DNA from: Limisphaerales bacterium
GTDB lineage: Bacteria > Verrucomicrobiota > Verrucomicrobiia > Limisphaerales > JAJOIW01
DNA length: 64,000 bases
Reading direction: 5' to 3'
Assembly: GCA_965657355.1 (NCBI GenBank)
Contig: CBFHOE010000011.1
Span: forward strand, 43,004 to 107,003
Shown here: in pieces, positions 10,068-20,079 of the stretch
Layout: each line of letters begins with the position of its first letter
How positions within the stretch are numbered: position 1 is the stretch's first letter
Translations under genes and position numbers: made by a program
Notes under the pieces: generated by a model
The model's input: only the letters and a program-made list of their open reading frames with translations
Database searches by the model: none
What the model was told of the DNA's origin: nothing

Positions 10068-11117
10068 CTATTCGTTGATCCCCGACTCAGATATTTCTAT
10101 CAGCGTTTTCTGGACGACTAAATCATGCTCAGGTGACCAATTAAACTTACTTTTTCCAGCGATACACTGAGCGAGATCCTGGAAATCTCGAGCATAGGAT
10201 CGATTTGAATGAGGCAATTGGATTTTGCGAACTCCTTTTTGAAAATCTTCCTGGTCTTTTTCGAGGTATAAGGTAAACGACCCAGATTCGAGTGGATGAA
10301 TATCCATACCACCATGCGTTCCGAAAATCGAAAACCTTCTTTTGGCAAATCCAAATGGATCATTATGACTACACCTCAAGGTGACTATGGCTTTATCGTA
10401 TTCGAGGATACCCAACTGATGGTCAGGAAGACGGTCTCCCATGGCTAATTTTGTTTGCTTATTCACCCCTAGGACAGTGTTTGGCTTTCCTAAAATTGAA
10501 ATCACAGGATCCAATATATTTCCAGCTAGCTCAAAAAAGCCTCCTCCGCGATATTGTCCCAAATTATGCCTCAAGCTCTGATCTGCCCGCTTTCCCATCG
10601 AGGCGTCTATTTCTAATATATCACCGAACCAACCACCCCTAACTGCCCGTGACATAAATTGAAAAACAGGATTGTACCTCAATACATACCCAAGTTGTAT
10701 AATGAGTTTTTTTCTATTGGAAATTTTGAATAAATCTTGGAGATCTTTTAAATTTGTTCCAGCTGGCTTATCAAGGTGAAGGTGGCACCCTTTTTGTGCG
10801 AACTTAATGCCAATTTTGGCAATGTCTTTTACGTCAGTCTCAACGACAACCAAATCCAATTGTTTTTCATCCAGAAGTTGTTTTTCTGTGAGCCAATTCA
10901 CACCTTTTACTTTTTCCCGAAGCTTAGTGTCAGGCTCCACGACACCCACAATCTCATAGGTCTCTGAAAGTTGTTTAAGGGCTTTCAATTTTCCAAAGGC
11001 GTGCGGATGCTTTAATCCAACCTGCCCGACACGAATTTTAGATCCGGTTGAAGCAAAACTACTGACACAAAATGGGGTCGCAAGTGTCAGTCCCATGAAT
11101 AGTTTTCGGTTGATCAT
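10068..11117 (-). CDS. Gfo/Idh/MocA family oxidoreductase
   Basis: IRVGQVGLKHPHA Rossmann start, HLHLDKP, QLGYVLRYNP; the start is probably MINRKLF (Tat-like) at 11117 rather than 11237. Confidence 0.85.
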   Translation of the reverse strand: MINRKLFMGLTLATPFCVSSFASTGSKIRVGQVGLKHPHAFGKLKALKQLSETYEIVGVVEPDTKLREKVKGVNWLTEKQLLDEKQLDLVVVETDVKDIAKIGIKFAQKGCHLHLDKPAGTNLKDLQDLFKISNRKKLIIQLGYVLRYNPVFQFMSRAVRGGWFGDILEIDASMGKRADQSLRHNLGQYRGGGFFELAGNILDPVISILGKPNTVLGVNKQTKLAMGDRLPDHQLGILEYDKAIVTLRCSHNDPFGFAKRRFSIFGTHGGMDIHPLESGSFTLYLEKDQEDFQKGVRKIQLPHSNRSYARDFQDLAQCIAGKSKFNWSPEHDLVVQKTLIEISESGINE

Positions 11118-11329
11118 AATATTATTTTTTAAATTTTTTGTGAGTGACATGAGGACGTCGACATGCTGCGAAACTATAAAGCAATGTCTGATAATAAAAA
11201 AGATTCTGATAAAAATAATCCGGTATGGGCCGGGCATTATTTTGATTGAAAGAATTTAAAGCATGCATAAATCACTATCAATTCTTCTCAGATCTTGAGA
11301 CACCATGAAATAAGCCATATATTTTATCG

Positions 11330-12214
11330 ATGCAGCGACAGGATCTACAAGATTTACATCCTCCCAAGGCCTCATGGTTAGAATTAGTCATTATGGCACT
11401 AAGCGAAGATATCGGCGAAGGTGATGTAACTTCACAATCAACGGTTGACTCGCACCTCAAAGCATCAGCGAATATGACGGCGCGCGAGGACATGACTATA
11501 TGCGGTGTTAATATTGCAGGCGCTGCATTCCATCAACTAGACTCAAATATGGAGATTGAGACACTGTATGGTGATGGTTCGATAGTCAAGGCGGGACAAG
11601 TGATAATGAAAATAAATGGAAGAGCTCGAGAGATTCTAACCGCGGAAAGAGTTGCTCTTAATTTCATCCAACATTTAAGTGGTATCGCGACTAAAACGAG
11701 TCACTTTTGTTCCTTTCTCCAAGGCTTGGATACAAAATTACTGGATACGAGGAAAACAACGCCCGGATTGAGACTACTCGAGAAGTATGCGGTTCTATGC
11801 GGCGGTGGAACTAATCACAGGGTCGGATTATTTGACATGGTAATGATCAAAGACAATCACCTTCAAGCACTACAGCAGATAACTGACGCAGCCATTAAAA
11901 CTGCCGTGGAAAAAGCGCGTCAAGCCCATCCCGATTTAAAAATTGAAGTTGAAGCAGATAATTTAAATCAAGTGAGAAATGCAGTTGATGCTGGGGCTGA
12001 CATCATTCTTTTGGACAATATGAGCTTGGAACAAATGAAAGCAGCGGTGCAAATTTGCAAAGATAAATGCAAAACAGAAGCAAGTGGAGGAATTACCGAG
12101 AATTCGTTGAGACAAATAGCCGAAAGTGGGGTTGATTTTATCTCATCCGGAGCACTTACTCATTCTGCAAGAAATGTAGATATTGGTTTGGACTTTCAAA
12201 TGCACAAATATTGA
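11330..12214 (+). CDS. nadC: Nicotinate-nucleotide diphosphorylase (quinolinate phosphoribosyltransferase)
   Basis: EDIG.GDVTS, LTAERVALNF, DTRKTTPGLR, NHR.GL.D..MIKDNH, ILLDNM, EASGGI. Confidence 0.97.
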   Translation: MQRQDLQDLHPPKASWLELVIMALSEDIGEGDVTSQSTVDSHLKASANMTAREDMTICGVNIAGAAFHQLDSNMEIETLYGDGSIVKAGQVIMKINGRAREILTAERVALNFIQHLSGIATKTSHFCSFLQGLDTKLLDTRKTTPGLRLLEKYAVLCGGGTNHRVGLFDMVMIKDNHLQALQQITDAAIKTAVEKARQAHPDLKIEVEADNLNQVRNAVDAGADIILLDNMSLEQMKAAVQICKDKCKTEASGGITENSLRQIAESGVDFISSGALTHSARNVDIGLDFQMHKY

Positions 12215-12225
12215 TCCTTTGACTC

Positions 12226-13215
12226 ATGTCTACTGATACGGCCATTATTAAGACCCTGCGCGAGGTATATCCTATGGGAATTTCCGGAACCGAACTGGCA
12301 AATCGATTGGGCATTACTAGGGGAGCCATATGGGCGAGAATTGATATTTTGAGATCAGCTGGGTTTGAAATAGAAGCGAGTCCTCATATCGGCTACCGTT
12401 TGATTAAATCTCCGGAAAAGTTGATTGGAGATGACATCTCCTCACAACTCAGTAGTGATTGCCTGATAGGACGAAGGATCCATGTGTATAAGGAAACAAC
12501 CTCAACAAATGAAATAGCCGATAAGCTCGCACGAGGAGGAGCCCCGAATGGGACCGTTGTTATGGCTGAAAATCAAACATCGGGTAAAGGAAGATTAGGG
12601 AGAAGCTGGGCATCACGTGATGGAAAGTCTCTTCTTTTCTCAATTATCTTATATCCGGATGTTAGTGCTGAGGAGGTCTCCAAACTCACCCTGCTTACGG
12701 CTTGGTCAATTACAAAATGCCTACGAACCTTAACTAGCAAACCATTTGAAATTAAATGGCCTAATGATATTTTTTATCAGGGGAAAAAAGTAGCCGGAAT
12801 TTTAACTGAATTACGTGCTGACATGGATAAGGTTCACTACACAATCGTGGGAGTCGGAATGAACGTCCAACAAACGATGGATGACTTTCCAAAAGAGATT
12901 CAAGAATCGGCGGCATCTCTTTATCAGGTAACTGGATCGAATTTAATCAGATCCTCCTTATCTGCTAATCTTTTTGAATACCTGTCGGAAGCTCTTGTGG
13001 CATATAAAAATGAAGGGTTCGAAAGAATCTTAAGCGATTTAAAATCATATTCTTGTACGCTCGGAAAGTGGATTGAGCTACGAGTCGGAAATAATGTTTA
13101 TAGCGGAAGGGCTGAATCGATTGATTCCTCAGGTGGGCTATTGGTTAGAACAGAGTCGGGAAAGCTGAAAAACTTTAATGGAGGAGAAGTAACCTCACAA
13201 ATCAATATGGGATAA
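12226..13215 (+). CDS. birA: Bifunctional biotin--[acetyl-CoA carboxylase] ligase / repressor (N-terminal HTH)
   Basis: HTH SGTELANRLGITRGAIW; STN, Q.SGKGRLGRSW, KWPNDI, KVAGIL.E. Confidence 0.95.
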   Translation: MSTDTAIIKTLREVYPMGISGTELANRLGITRGAIWARIDILRSAGFEIEASPHIGYRLIKSPEKLIGDDISSQLSSDCLIGRRIHVYKETTSTNEIADKLARGGAPNGTVVMAENQTSGKGRLGRSWASRDGKSLLFSIILYPDVSAEEVSKLTLLTAWSITKCLRTLTSKPFEIKWPNDIFYQGKKVAGILTELRADMDKVHYTIVGVGMNVQQTMDDFPKEIQESAASLYQVTGSNLIRSSLSANLFEYLSEALVAYKNEGFERILSDLKSYSCTLGKWIELRVGNNVYSGRAESIDSSGGLLVRTESGKLKNFNGGEVTSQINMG

Positions 13216-13226
13216 CCGATTTTTTA

Positions 13227-14057
13227 ATGCAACCGCAACAACACATGTATTTATTGGTAGACGCAGGAAACACACATGTTCATCTAAATTTAGGTAACGC
13301 TGGCCGAATGCACTTACCCGTTCCCCTTAAAATTAATCTGGATGAGCTTTCCTCTGAAACTGCCAATCAGTCCGTCGTAAAAATTGTCGATAAATTTAAA
13401 GAACACTCAAAGAAAGGAAACACAGAGTTTGCAGTAGTGGCTAGTGTCATTCCTTCAATGAACAAGCTGATTGAAAATTGGATTATCAAGAATTTTGGAA
13501 TCCCATCGCATTTTATCTCTTACCTGAGTCCCGGAATGGTCGACCTAAACTACCCAAAACCTGAAACTATCGGAATTGATAGGCTCGCAAATGCAGTAGC
13601 TTGTGCGAAAAAAGGGAATCTTCCATCAGTAGTTGTGGATTTCGGAACGGCAACTACCTTCGATGTGATAAACAAAAATGGTGCGTACTGTGGTGGAATT
13701 ATTGCCCCGGGAATTTCTTTGATGACGGATTACCTCCATGAAAAAACAGAATTGTTGCCAAAGATTACCTTAAATAATCCAAAATCAAATATCGGAAAGT
13801 CGACCACGGAAGCCATGCAAATCGGAGCTATAGATGGCTATAAAGGATTAATCAAACAGATCCTCGAGGGTATCGGGGCTGAATTACAAAGTGATGTCCT
13901 TGATGTTATTTTCACTGGCGGGTGCACTGAAATTATTCGAATTCGTAATGAGGATCTGAATAGCGAAATAAGCTTCACAATTAGATCTCATGTTAATCAA
14001 AATATCACGATGGAAGGGCTTGGGATTTTGGCTCCACAAATTCAGGACATTTCATGA
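13227..14057 (+). CDS. coaX: Type III pantothenate kinase
   Basis: LVDAGNT, IGIDRLAN, VVDFGTATTFD, GGIIAPG, TGG; follows birA. Confidence 0.93.
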   Translation: MQPQQHMYLLVDAGNTHVHLNLGNAGRMHLPVPLKINLDELSSETANQSVVKIVDKFKEHSKKGNTEFAVVASVIPSMNKLIENWIIKNFGIPSHFISYLSPGMVDLNYPKPETIGIDRLANAVACAKKGNLPSVVVDFGTATTFDVINKNGAYCGGIIAPGISLMTDYLHEKTELLPKITLNNPKSNIGKSTTEAMQIGAIDGYKGLIKQILEGIGAELQSDVLDVIFTGGCTEIIRIRNEDLNSEISFTIRSHVNQNITMEGLGILAPQIQDIS

Positions 14058-14194
14058 GCATGGCCTTCAAGCCAATCATAAAAACGAAAAAAACGCCACT
14101 CGCGATGGGGGAAAAAATACAAACCAAAAATAGTATCTTACTTTTTCTAACATTAACTTGCTTATCCTAAGCGAGGAACTCCATATTTATTAAG

Positions 14195-15001
14195 GTGAAC
14201 AGAATAGTAGAGCGATTTAATAATTTAAAGAAGACCGGGAAACGGGGATTTGTGGCTTACATAGGTGCCGGAGATCCTGACATTGAGTCGACTAGAAAAA
14301 TCGCTCTGGCCTTTGATAAGGTTGGAGTTGATGTTCTAGAGATGGGTGTCCCCTTTAGTGATCCTTTGGCTGACGGAATCGTCAATCAGATGGCAGCACA
14401 AAGAGGATTAGATTCAGGAACAACACCTCAAAGTGTATTCGATTGCGCCAAATCAGTAAGAAAGGAATCCAATATCCCACTGGTATTGTATGTCTATTTT
14501 AATTTACTCCACAGAATTGGGCTTAAAAATTTTATTGAGAAAGCTGCCGAATCTGGTATCGATGGTTTATTAGTTCTGGATCTTCCTCCTGAAGAATCGG
14601 AAAATTACGAAAGCATTATGAGGAAATACGGGTTATGCCCCATTTACCTCATTGCTCCAACGACTCCTGATGAGAGAGTCAAAGCCATAGCAAATCGAGC
14701 ATCAGGATTTATATATTATGTCTCGCGAGAAGGCGTTACCGGAATGCAGCAAAAAGTTTCTTCAAATATTGGGTCTATGACGGAACTGATACGCAAACAC
14801 TCCAGTCTACCCATCGCTGTCGGCTTTGGCATATCCAATCCCGAGCAAGCCAAAGAAGTAGCCGCAAATGCCGAGGCCATCGTAGTTGGCAGCGCCATAG
14901 TCAACCAGATTGCAGAGCATGGAAAAGACCCAGATCTTTCCCAGAAAGTCGGAGCATTTGTCAAACAACTCGTCGAAGCAACTAAATCAATTTCTTCTTA
15001 A
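14195..15001 (+). CDS. trpA: Tryptophan synthase alpha subunit
   Basis: AGDP, EMGVPFSDPLADG, DLPPEE, YYVSREGVTG, VGFGIS, VVGSAIV. Confidence 0.97.
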   Translation: MNRIVERFNNLKKTGKRGFVAYIGAGDPDIESTRKIALAFDKVGVDVLEMGVPFSDPLADGIVNQMAAQRGLDSGTTPQSVFDCAKSVRKESNIPLVLYVYFNLLHRIGLKNFIEKAAESGIDGLLVLDLPPEESENYESIMRKYGLCPIYLIAPTTPDERVKAIANRASGFIYYVSREGVTGMQQKVSSNIGSMTELIRKHSSLPIAVGFGISNPEQAKEVAANAEAIVVGSAIVNQIAEHGKDPDLSQKVGAFVKQLVEATKSISS

Positions 15002-15004
15002 TTT

Positions 15005-15430
15005 ATGGCCGATCTAAATAATCTGACAATCCCAGAAATCATCGATAATTTTGATTTGTTTGATGATTGGGAGGACAAGTATGTTTACCTTATCGACTTG
15101 GGCAAGAAACTCTCACCCATGCAGGATGATGATAAAAATGATGAAACAAAGATTCATGGCTGTCAGGCTGAAGTATGGGTAAAGCTGACGAAGTCAGAAT
15201 GTAGTCCATCAATCATTAATCTGGAAGGTGATAGTAACTCAACAATAGTCAAAGGCTTGGTAGCTATTGCCATACTTTTGTTCTCAGGAAAATCGGCTCA
15301 TGAAATCCAGTCCGTGGAAGAAAAACCCGTCTTCCAAAAACTTGGACTTGATCAATATTTGAGTCCAACTAGGAAAGTTGGACTCGCATCAATGGTTGAA
15401 AAAATCAAAAAAACAGCTAACTCTTGTTAG
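15005..15430 (+). CDS. sufE: SufE family cysteine desulfuration protein
   Basis: DDWEDKY.YLIDLGK, IHGCQAEVW with the acceptor Cys, DS.S.IVKGL, LSPTR..GL. Confidence 0.92.
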   Translation: MADLNNLTIPEIIDNFDLFDDWEDKYVYLIDLGKKLSPMQDDDKNDETKIHGCQAEVWVKLTKSECSPSIINLEGDSNSTIVKGLVAIAILLFSGKSAHEIQSVEEKPVFQKLGLDQYLSPTRKVGLASMVEKIKKTANSC

Positions 15431-15446
15431 CTCTAGTCTTCCCTTT

Positions 15447-16856
15447 TTAAGGAATGTTGACCACCTCACCAGGGCCGGGATTATGAATCTGAATCGAGAC
15501 GTTATTATGTTTAATTTTGTCTGTGAACCATTCTCGCGAGTCCAATTCCCCGTGGGCTAGAACGACATGTGATGGCTTGCGACCTATAAGCCATTCTAGT
15601 AATTCTTCTCTATTAGCATGCCCCGTAATATCAAAGCTTCTCATTTCGCATTCCCTTTCCAAATCAGGTGCCCGGGAGCTAAAATAGAATGGTTTGCTCA
15701 GCTCACTTTGTTTTAACCTTCCACCAGGAGTGGATTGGTCGGCATACCCCACAAAAAAGATTCCATGTATGGGGTCCGAACAAAGCCGTATGGCCAAATC
15801 ATGAGCGGTCGTGTTTTCATTCATCATCCCGGCTGTCGCAACAAATATCTTAGGCTTATTGAATTTTAGGGTATTTATTTTATCTGGTTTCTGTACGACG
15901 AGATTCAAGTCTTTAGTTAGCCGCAATTCAGGAAGGTGACGTTGCGTTTTTCTGGCCAGGCCGTCATAGATTTCAGAAAATATTCTCCCTAAACCTCCGA
16001 TAAAAATGGGTTGGTTTGGAATTTGGCCCTCAGAGATCATACCAGCTAACATAGCCAGCATTTCTTGAGTACGGCCCAGGGCAAAACTTGGAATTAAAAC
16101 AGTCCCTCTTCTTTGACTCACTTCGATTATAGCCTCTTTTAGCTTTCTTATTTCTCGGGCTCTATTTTGAGTTTTAGAAGCATCATGGGCGCCACGAGTC
16201 GTCTCCATAATCACAATATCAGCCTCAACATCAGAAAACTGTGCTCCCTTCAATACGAGCTGATCTTGAAAAGAACAATCCCCAGTGTAAAAGATTCTTC
16301 GTCCATTTGTGGTGATGTGGATTCCAGACGCTCCCAGAGTATGTCCCGCATCATATAGTTTTATCTCAGGATGAGGGGCGCCCTTGTTTCCCAAATCAAA
16401 ATAGTTACATTTGTGAATATCACCATACTCTAAGCCTTCAAAGACACTGGAAACTTCCTCTACGTATTTATTATCATAAAGAGGGTAATCTAATATTCCC
16501 ATTTCATCTCTCTGCCTTTTCATGACATTAGCAGAATTGTGAAGCACTCTCTCAATAATATGCGTACTTAGTTCGCTCATCAACACACGAGCTTGAGGAA
16601 ACTTTTTTATAACAAGCGGTAAAGAAGCGACATGGTCATAATGGCAATGGCTCAAAATTATGGCATCTAAGTGGTCATGTTCAATCTCATCGAGCAGTGG
16701 CATCGATTCTCTTCCGTCTAATTTTGGATGCAAACCAGCATCCAAAAGTAAGGAAAACTCCTGGTCAGATATATGCCATGCCGAGGCACCGATTTCATTT
16801 GTAGGATTAAGATTTTTTATGACCATGACTAAAGTAATTAAATGAAAGGAACCCAT
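15447..16856 (-). CDS. Metallo-beta-lactamase / beta-CASP ribonuclease (CPSF73/YSH1-like)
   Basis: EIGAS, LLDAG, SHCHYDH, AGHTLG, YTGD, METT.G, FALGRTQE, GHA, LAHGE. Confidence 0.9.
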   Translation of the reverse strand: MGSFHLITLVMVIKNLNPTNEIGASAWHISDQEFSLLLDAGLHPKLDGRESMPLLDEIEHDHLDAIILSHCHYDHVASLPLVIKKFPQARVLMSELSTHIIERVLHNSANVMKRQRDEMGILDYPLYDNKYVEEVSSVFEGLEYGDIHKCNYFDLGNKGAPHPEIKLYDAGHTLGASGIHITTNGRRIFYTGDCSFQDQLVLKGAQFSDVEADIVIMETTRGAHDASKTQNRAREIRKLKEAIIEVSQRRGTVLIPSFALGRTQEMLAMLAGMISEGQIPNQPIFIGGLGRIFSEIYDGLARKTQRHLPELRLTKDLNLVVQKPDKINTLKFNKPKIFVATAGMMNENTTAHDLAIRLCSDPIHGIFFVGYADQSTPGGRLKQSELSKPFYFSSRAPDLERECEMRSFDITGHANREELLEWLIGRKPSHVVLAHGELDSREWFTDKIKHNNVSIQIHNPGPGEVVNIP

Positions 16857-16928
16857 TCTGGGTTCCTTTTTAAATCTTGACTGGGTGCCAAATACTTTAA
16901 TTAAAGCATGACGACACTTTTGGTTGAC

Positions 16929-18869
16929 TTATTGGTTATTGTTATCAGATGAAAGGTTATTTTCATCGATAGTTTTTGAAGCCTCCTCCTTTTCGGGTTC
17001 GTCAGAATCATGATGGGTGGGTGTGTCAGAGGCAGCTTCAGAAGCAGTGCTTGATTCTTGCCCTTCAGTTGGACTTTCCGACTTTGAGGATTGAGTGACT
17101 TGCTCCTGCGAGGAAGTGGATTCGGATCCTCTTTGGTCAGTGTCTTGGCTGGATTTATCAGCATCTAAAGCCTTCCCACCTTGAGGCGCTGAATCAGGAG
17201 CTTTCTTCTCCCCTCCATTATCAGTCTCACCACCTTGAGAATCCACATTCTCAGCTGAAGAAGCCTGAGGCTGTGCCTTTTCTTTTTGCTTTTTCTCCTT
17301 CTGATCGCCTTTCTGATCTTTTGTTCGGGAAGGTTTCACTTCCGGTTTTTTAGCCACCTCAAGTATCCCTGAAGCAAATTCGATAACGTTTCCTTGGTAA
17401 AGCAACCAATGAAGATCACCAATAATTGTTTTCTGAATGGGCGTTGGCTCAGACTTGGCCTTGAGCTGATCTTGATCATTCGAAGTTTCTGCGTCAGGAT
17501 TTGTAGCATCTTCTCCAGGTTCCGAAGCAGATTCTGGCTCGGCTGGCGCTACTGCATCCGAAGCAGCTTTTATGTCAGAGGTTGTCCCCTTCTCTGCATC
17601 CACTGCGTAGGATTCAGAAAGATTGTCAATGAGCTGTTTCCGATTACATCCCTGGTGCTCGTTGATGAACTGTATTATTTTTCGAATTCCAGACTTAACG
17701 CTTGTTTTGTCCAGATCAAGATAGTGCGGGCGGCTAACACATACATGGGTAACCGATTTATTAACTTTGAAAAATTGTAACCCCTTAGACGATAGCTGCT
17801 GGCTAAGCAAATGAACTACTTTTAATGGAAACCTTTTTTGGTCTTGAAGGCGGACTCTTATTAGTCGCCGGAGACTAGGGCATGAGCATTCCGCAGCTTC
17901 CTTTCCTTTCACCAAATGAGAAGAAGTTTCGTGAATTAGGTTATCTTTGTGATTTTCATTGAAGTGCTCCAACACTTCAGACCAACTATTAAGTTCCAAA
18001 GATTCAGGAGAATTTAATACCTTGTATGTCGTGACAAAACTTTGCTCATCTAACCACTTCTTAACGGTCTCTTCATCCCTAACTATCTTTACCCTTGATT
18101 TAAATCGGTCAAATGACATTTTCCTGGAAAATCTGTCATTGTATAATTTCCTCAACTGATTCTGATAATCATGATAATTTGGAGGACCTAAAATCACTCC
18201 GCTTATTCCGCATTGCCCGACGAATGTGTAGGTGCCTTTCGGCGGTTCAGCCTCAGTCTTTACTGTTTCATAAAACGTGCCTAGATGTTTTTTCAGGAGG
18301 TAATCTGAGGCATCCGACTCACTCAACCAAACCGTGCCATCCAGGGCACATGTGTAGAGTTTTTGCTCAACCTCATCGCTGCCCTTTTTCTTAACGGTAG
18401 TCAATTTCACAGAATAGCGCTCAGGTTTTTCCAGAATCATGTGGGCGATGCTGAAAAGAGGATATGCTCGAGCAGTGAGTTTAATTTGCTCTGTCAGTGA
18501 TTTGGATATCGCCTCATCAGCGAAAAAAGCGACATCGATATCAATAAGAGGTTCGGCTTCTCTTCGTGGACCTCTTTGGCCCCCGCCTGGTCTACGATCA
18601 GGTCTTCGACCTCCTCTGTTGCCTCTATCTTGCCTTTGACCTTGACCTCTTTCACCCGTATCAGATGATTTTCTTACTTTTTGACTACTTGATCTCTTTG
18701 GACGCCTGTCGGATCCGCCTTTTCGAGGCACTCGCTGGCGTCCCCCATCGGATTCATCTCTGCCAGAAAAATTTTCATAAATGTTCTTGTTTGATCCCTG
18801 CTTTGCCCAATCTGGGAGAAAATGAAGGCTTAGATCTAAGTCTGAGTTTTGATTCTGATTATCGCTCAT
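16929..18869 (-). CDS. Uncharacterised protein with Arg/Gly-rich N-terminus, globular core and acidic low-complexity C-terminus
   Basis: 646-aa ORF with a protein-like core (CALDG, CGISGVILGPPNYHDYQ) flanked by disordered-looking segments. Confidence 0.8.
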   Translation of the reverse strand: MSDNQNQNSDLDLSLHFLPDWAKQGSNKNIYENFSGRDESDGGRQRVPRKGGSDRRPKRSSSQKVRKSSDTGERGQGQRQDRGNRGGRRPDRRPGGGQRGPRREAEPLIDIDVAFFADEAISKSLTEQIKLTARAYPLFSIAHMILEKPERYSVKLTTVKKKGSDEVEQKLYTCALDGTVWLSESDASDYLLKKHLGTFYETVKTEAEPPKGTYTFVGQCGISGVILGPPNYHDYQNQLRKLYNDRFSRKMSFDRFKSRVKIVRDEETVKKWLDEQSFVTTYKVLNSPESLELNSWSEVLEHFNENHKDNLIHETSSHLVKGKEAAECSCPSLRRLIRVRLQDQKRFPLKVVHLLSQQLSSKGLQFFKVNKSVTHVCVSRPHYLDLDKTSVKSGIRKIIQFINEHQGCNRKQLIDNLSESYAVDAEKGTTSDIKAASDAVAPAEPESASEPGEDATNPDAETSNDQDQLKAKSEPTPIQKTIIGDLHWLLYQGNVIEFASGILEVAKKPEVKPSRTKDQKGDQKEKKQKEKAQPQASSAENVDSQGGETDNGGEKKAPDSAPQGGKALDADKSSQDTDQRGSESTSSQEQVTQSSKSESPTEGQESSTASEAASDTPTHHDSDEPEKEEASKTIDENNLSSDNNNQ

Positions 18870-19109
18870 GGCGTGTAATAAATAAGAGCTTCCTTGTACG
18901 GAAGTGTTTGGCTTTTAGGGCAACAAATTTCAGAAATGCCCTACTACCAAATCAAATAATAAATTTAATCGACTGACAATCGCTTTCTGCGTCGATGAGA
19001 ACAATTTCAATACCAAAGTGCGAAAGTATTACTTTGTCTACTGCTCTAAAAAACGAGACAAAATTTTACAAAATGCGGTTGGCTATTACGAAAAATATTT
19101 CGATGTTGG

Positions 19110-19140
19110 AAAAGAAAAACCTCCCCAATTTTTGGAGAGG
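19110..19140 (-). terminator. Intrinsic terminator of the 19168-20001 gene
   Basis: On the minus strand CCTCTCCAA-AAA-TTGGGGAGG (one G-U pair) followed by TTTTTCTTTT. Confidence 0.7.
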
Positions 19141-19167
19141 CTTTTTGGGAGGTTTAGAAATTTGAAT

Positions 19168-20001
19168 TTATGATCCTGCCCCGTAGCGGTTAGAATCAGT
19201 TCCTACTTCGGTGTCACCAGAACCTTTTTCTGTGAGCGGTTGGCTAGCTTTTTCGTTTGCCGCATCAAGCTCTTTTTGCGCATCGGAGATAGCTTGATTT
19301 AAGGCTGTTAAAGCTTCTGCTATAGTTGAATAGCCATTTAATTCTTTATACTCGTTGAGAGTATTACCGTTCTCGTTGTATTGTTGAAGATCAGCGAGTT
19401 TTAGTTCGGCAGTGGACTGCTCGATTGTTCCACCGGTAGTTGAGATGGCTCCACCAGCAATGATGGTTACGGCGTTTGGAAAGCGTGAGAACAAAACTTT
19501 TCCAGCAGCAGGAATTCTATTGGCAATTGCACCAGCGATGTAGTTTTTGGAAGCAGGAGCAACTTTGACGAGAAGTTCGGTCATTTCAACAGCCTTAGGA
19601 GCCGTAAGTTTTGCTGAACCGGAGACATGGTAAGCAACATCGGTCGCAAGCCCTGGAATGATTTGAGCGACCCTAACAGCAATTAATTTTGCCTGGTTAG
19701 GTGATAGCTTTGCAGCTACTGCAGCTATTTTAGGGCCTATTTGCGGGACAGCCCGTGTAATAGATATTACAGCGGGGACGAGTGCACTTTCGTTTTGCAC
19801 AGCAATAGTGCGTATGACTTTAACTGCTGCATCAAGGCGAACACCTTCTTCAGCGGTAAGGACCGACTTAACAGCAAATGCCGGGATTTCAACGGCTGGT
19901 ATGCTGTCAAGTTGCTGAGATAATGTTGGAGCAGCTTGTAATTGTGACACGGCGACAACGATGGTGGCCGCTATCAATGATACTTTGGACTTAATTTTCA
20001 T
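19168..20001 (-). CDS. Secreted Ala-rich alpha-helical repeat protein, function unknown
   Basis: Signal peptide MKIKSKVSLIAATIVVAVSQLQA (ATG at 20001 preferred over TTG at 20064); repeated A/V/I-P helical units. Confidence 0.75.
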   Translation of the reverse strand: MKIKSKVSLIAATIVVAVSQLQAAPTLSQQLDSIPAVEIPAFAVKSVLTAEEGVRLDAAVKVIRTIAVQNESALVPAVISITRAVPQIGPKIAAVAAKLSPNQAKLIAVRVAQIIPGLATDVAYHVSGSAKLTAPKAVEMTELLVKVAPASKNYIAGAIANRIPAAGKVLFSRFPNAVTIIAGGAISTTGGTIEQSTAELKLADLQQYNENGNTLNEYKELNGYSTIAEALTALNQAISDAQKELDAANEKASQPLTEKGSGDTEVGTDSNRYGAGS

Positions 20002-20079
20002 ATTTTTTATTTTCAAATTGAACCTAAACCTCCAGCTGCGACTGCGGAAGAGACTGATCAACAACCTTCACGATAGCCG

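Noticed and set aside
15447..16856. Anti-phage or defence nuclease
   Set aside because: Standard housekeeping-type beta-CASP motifs in a core-gene neighbourhood, with no defence-island genes
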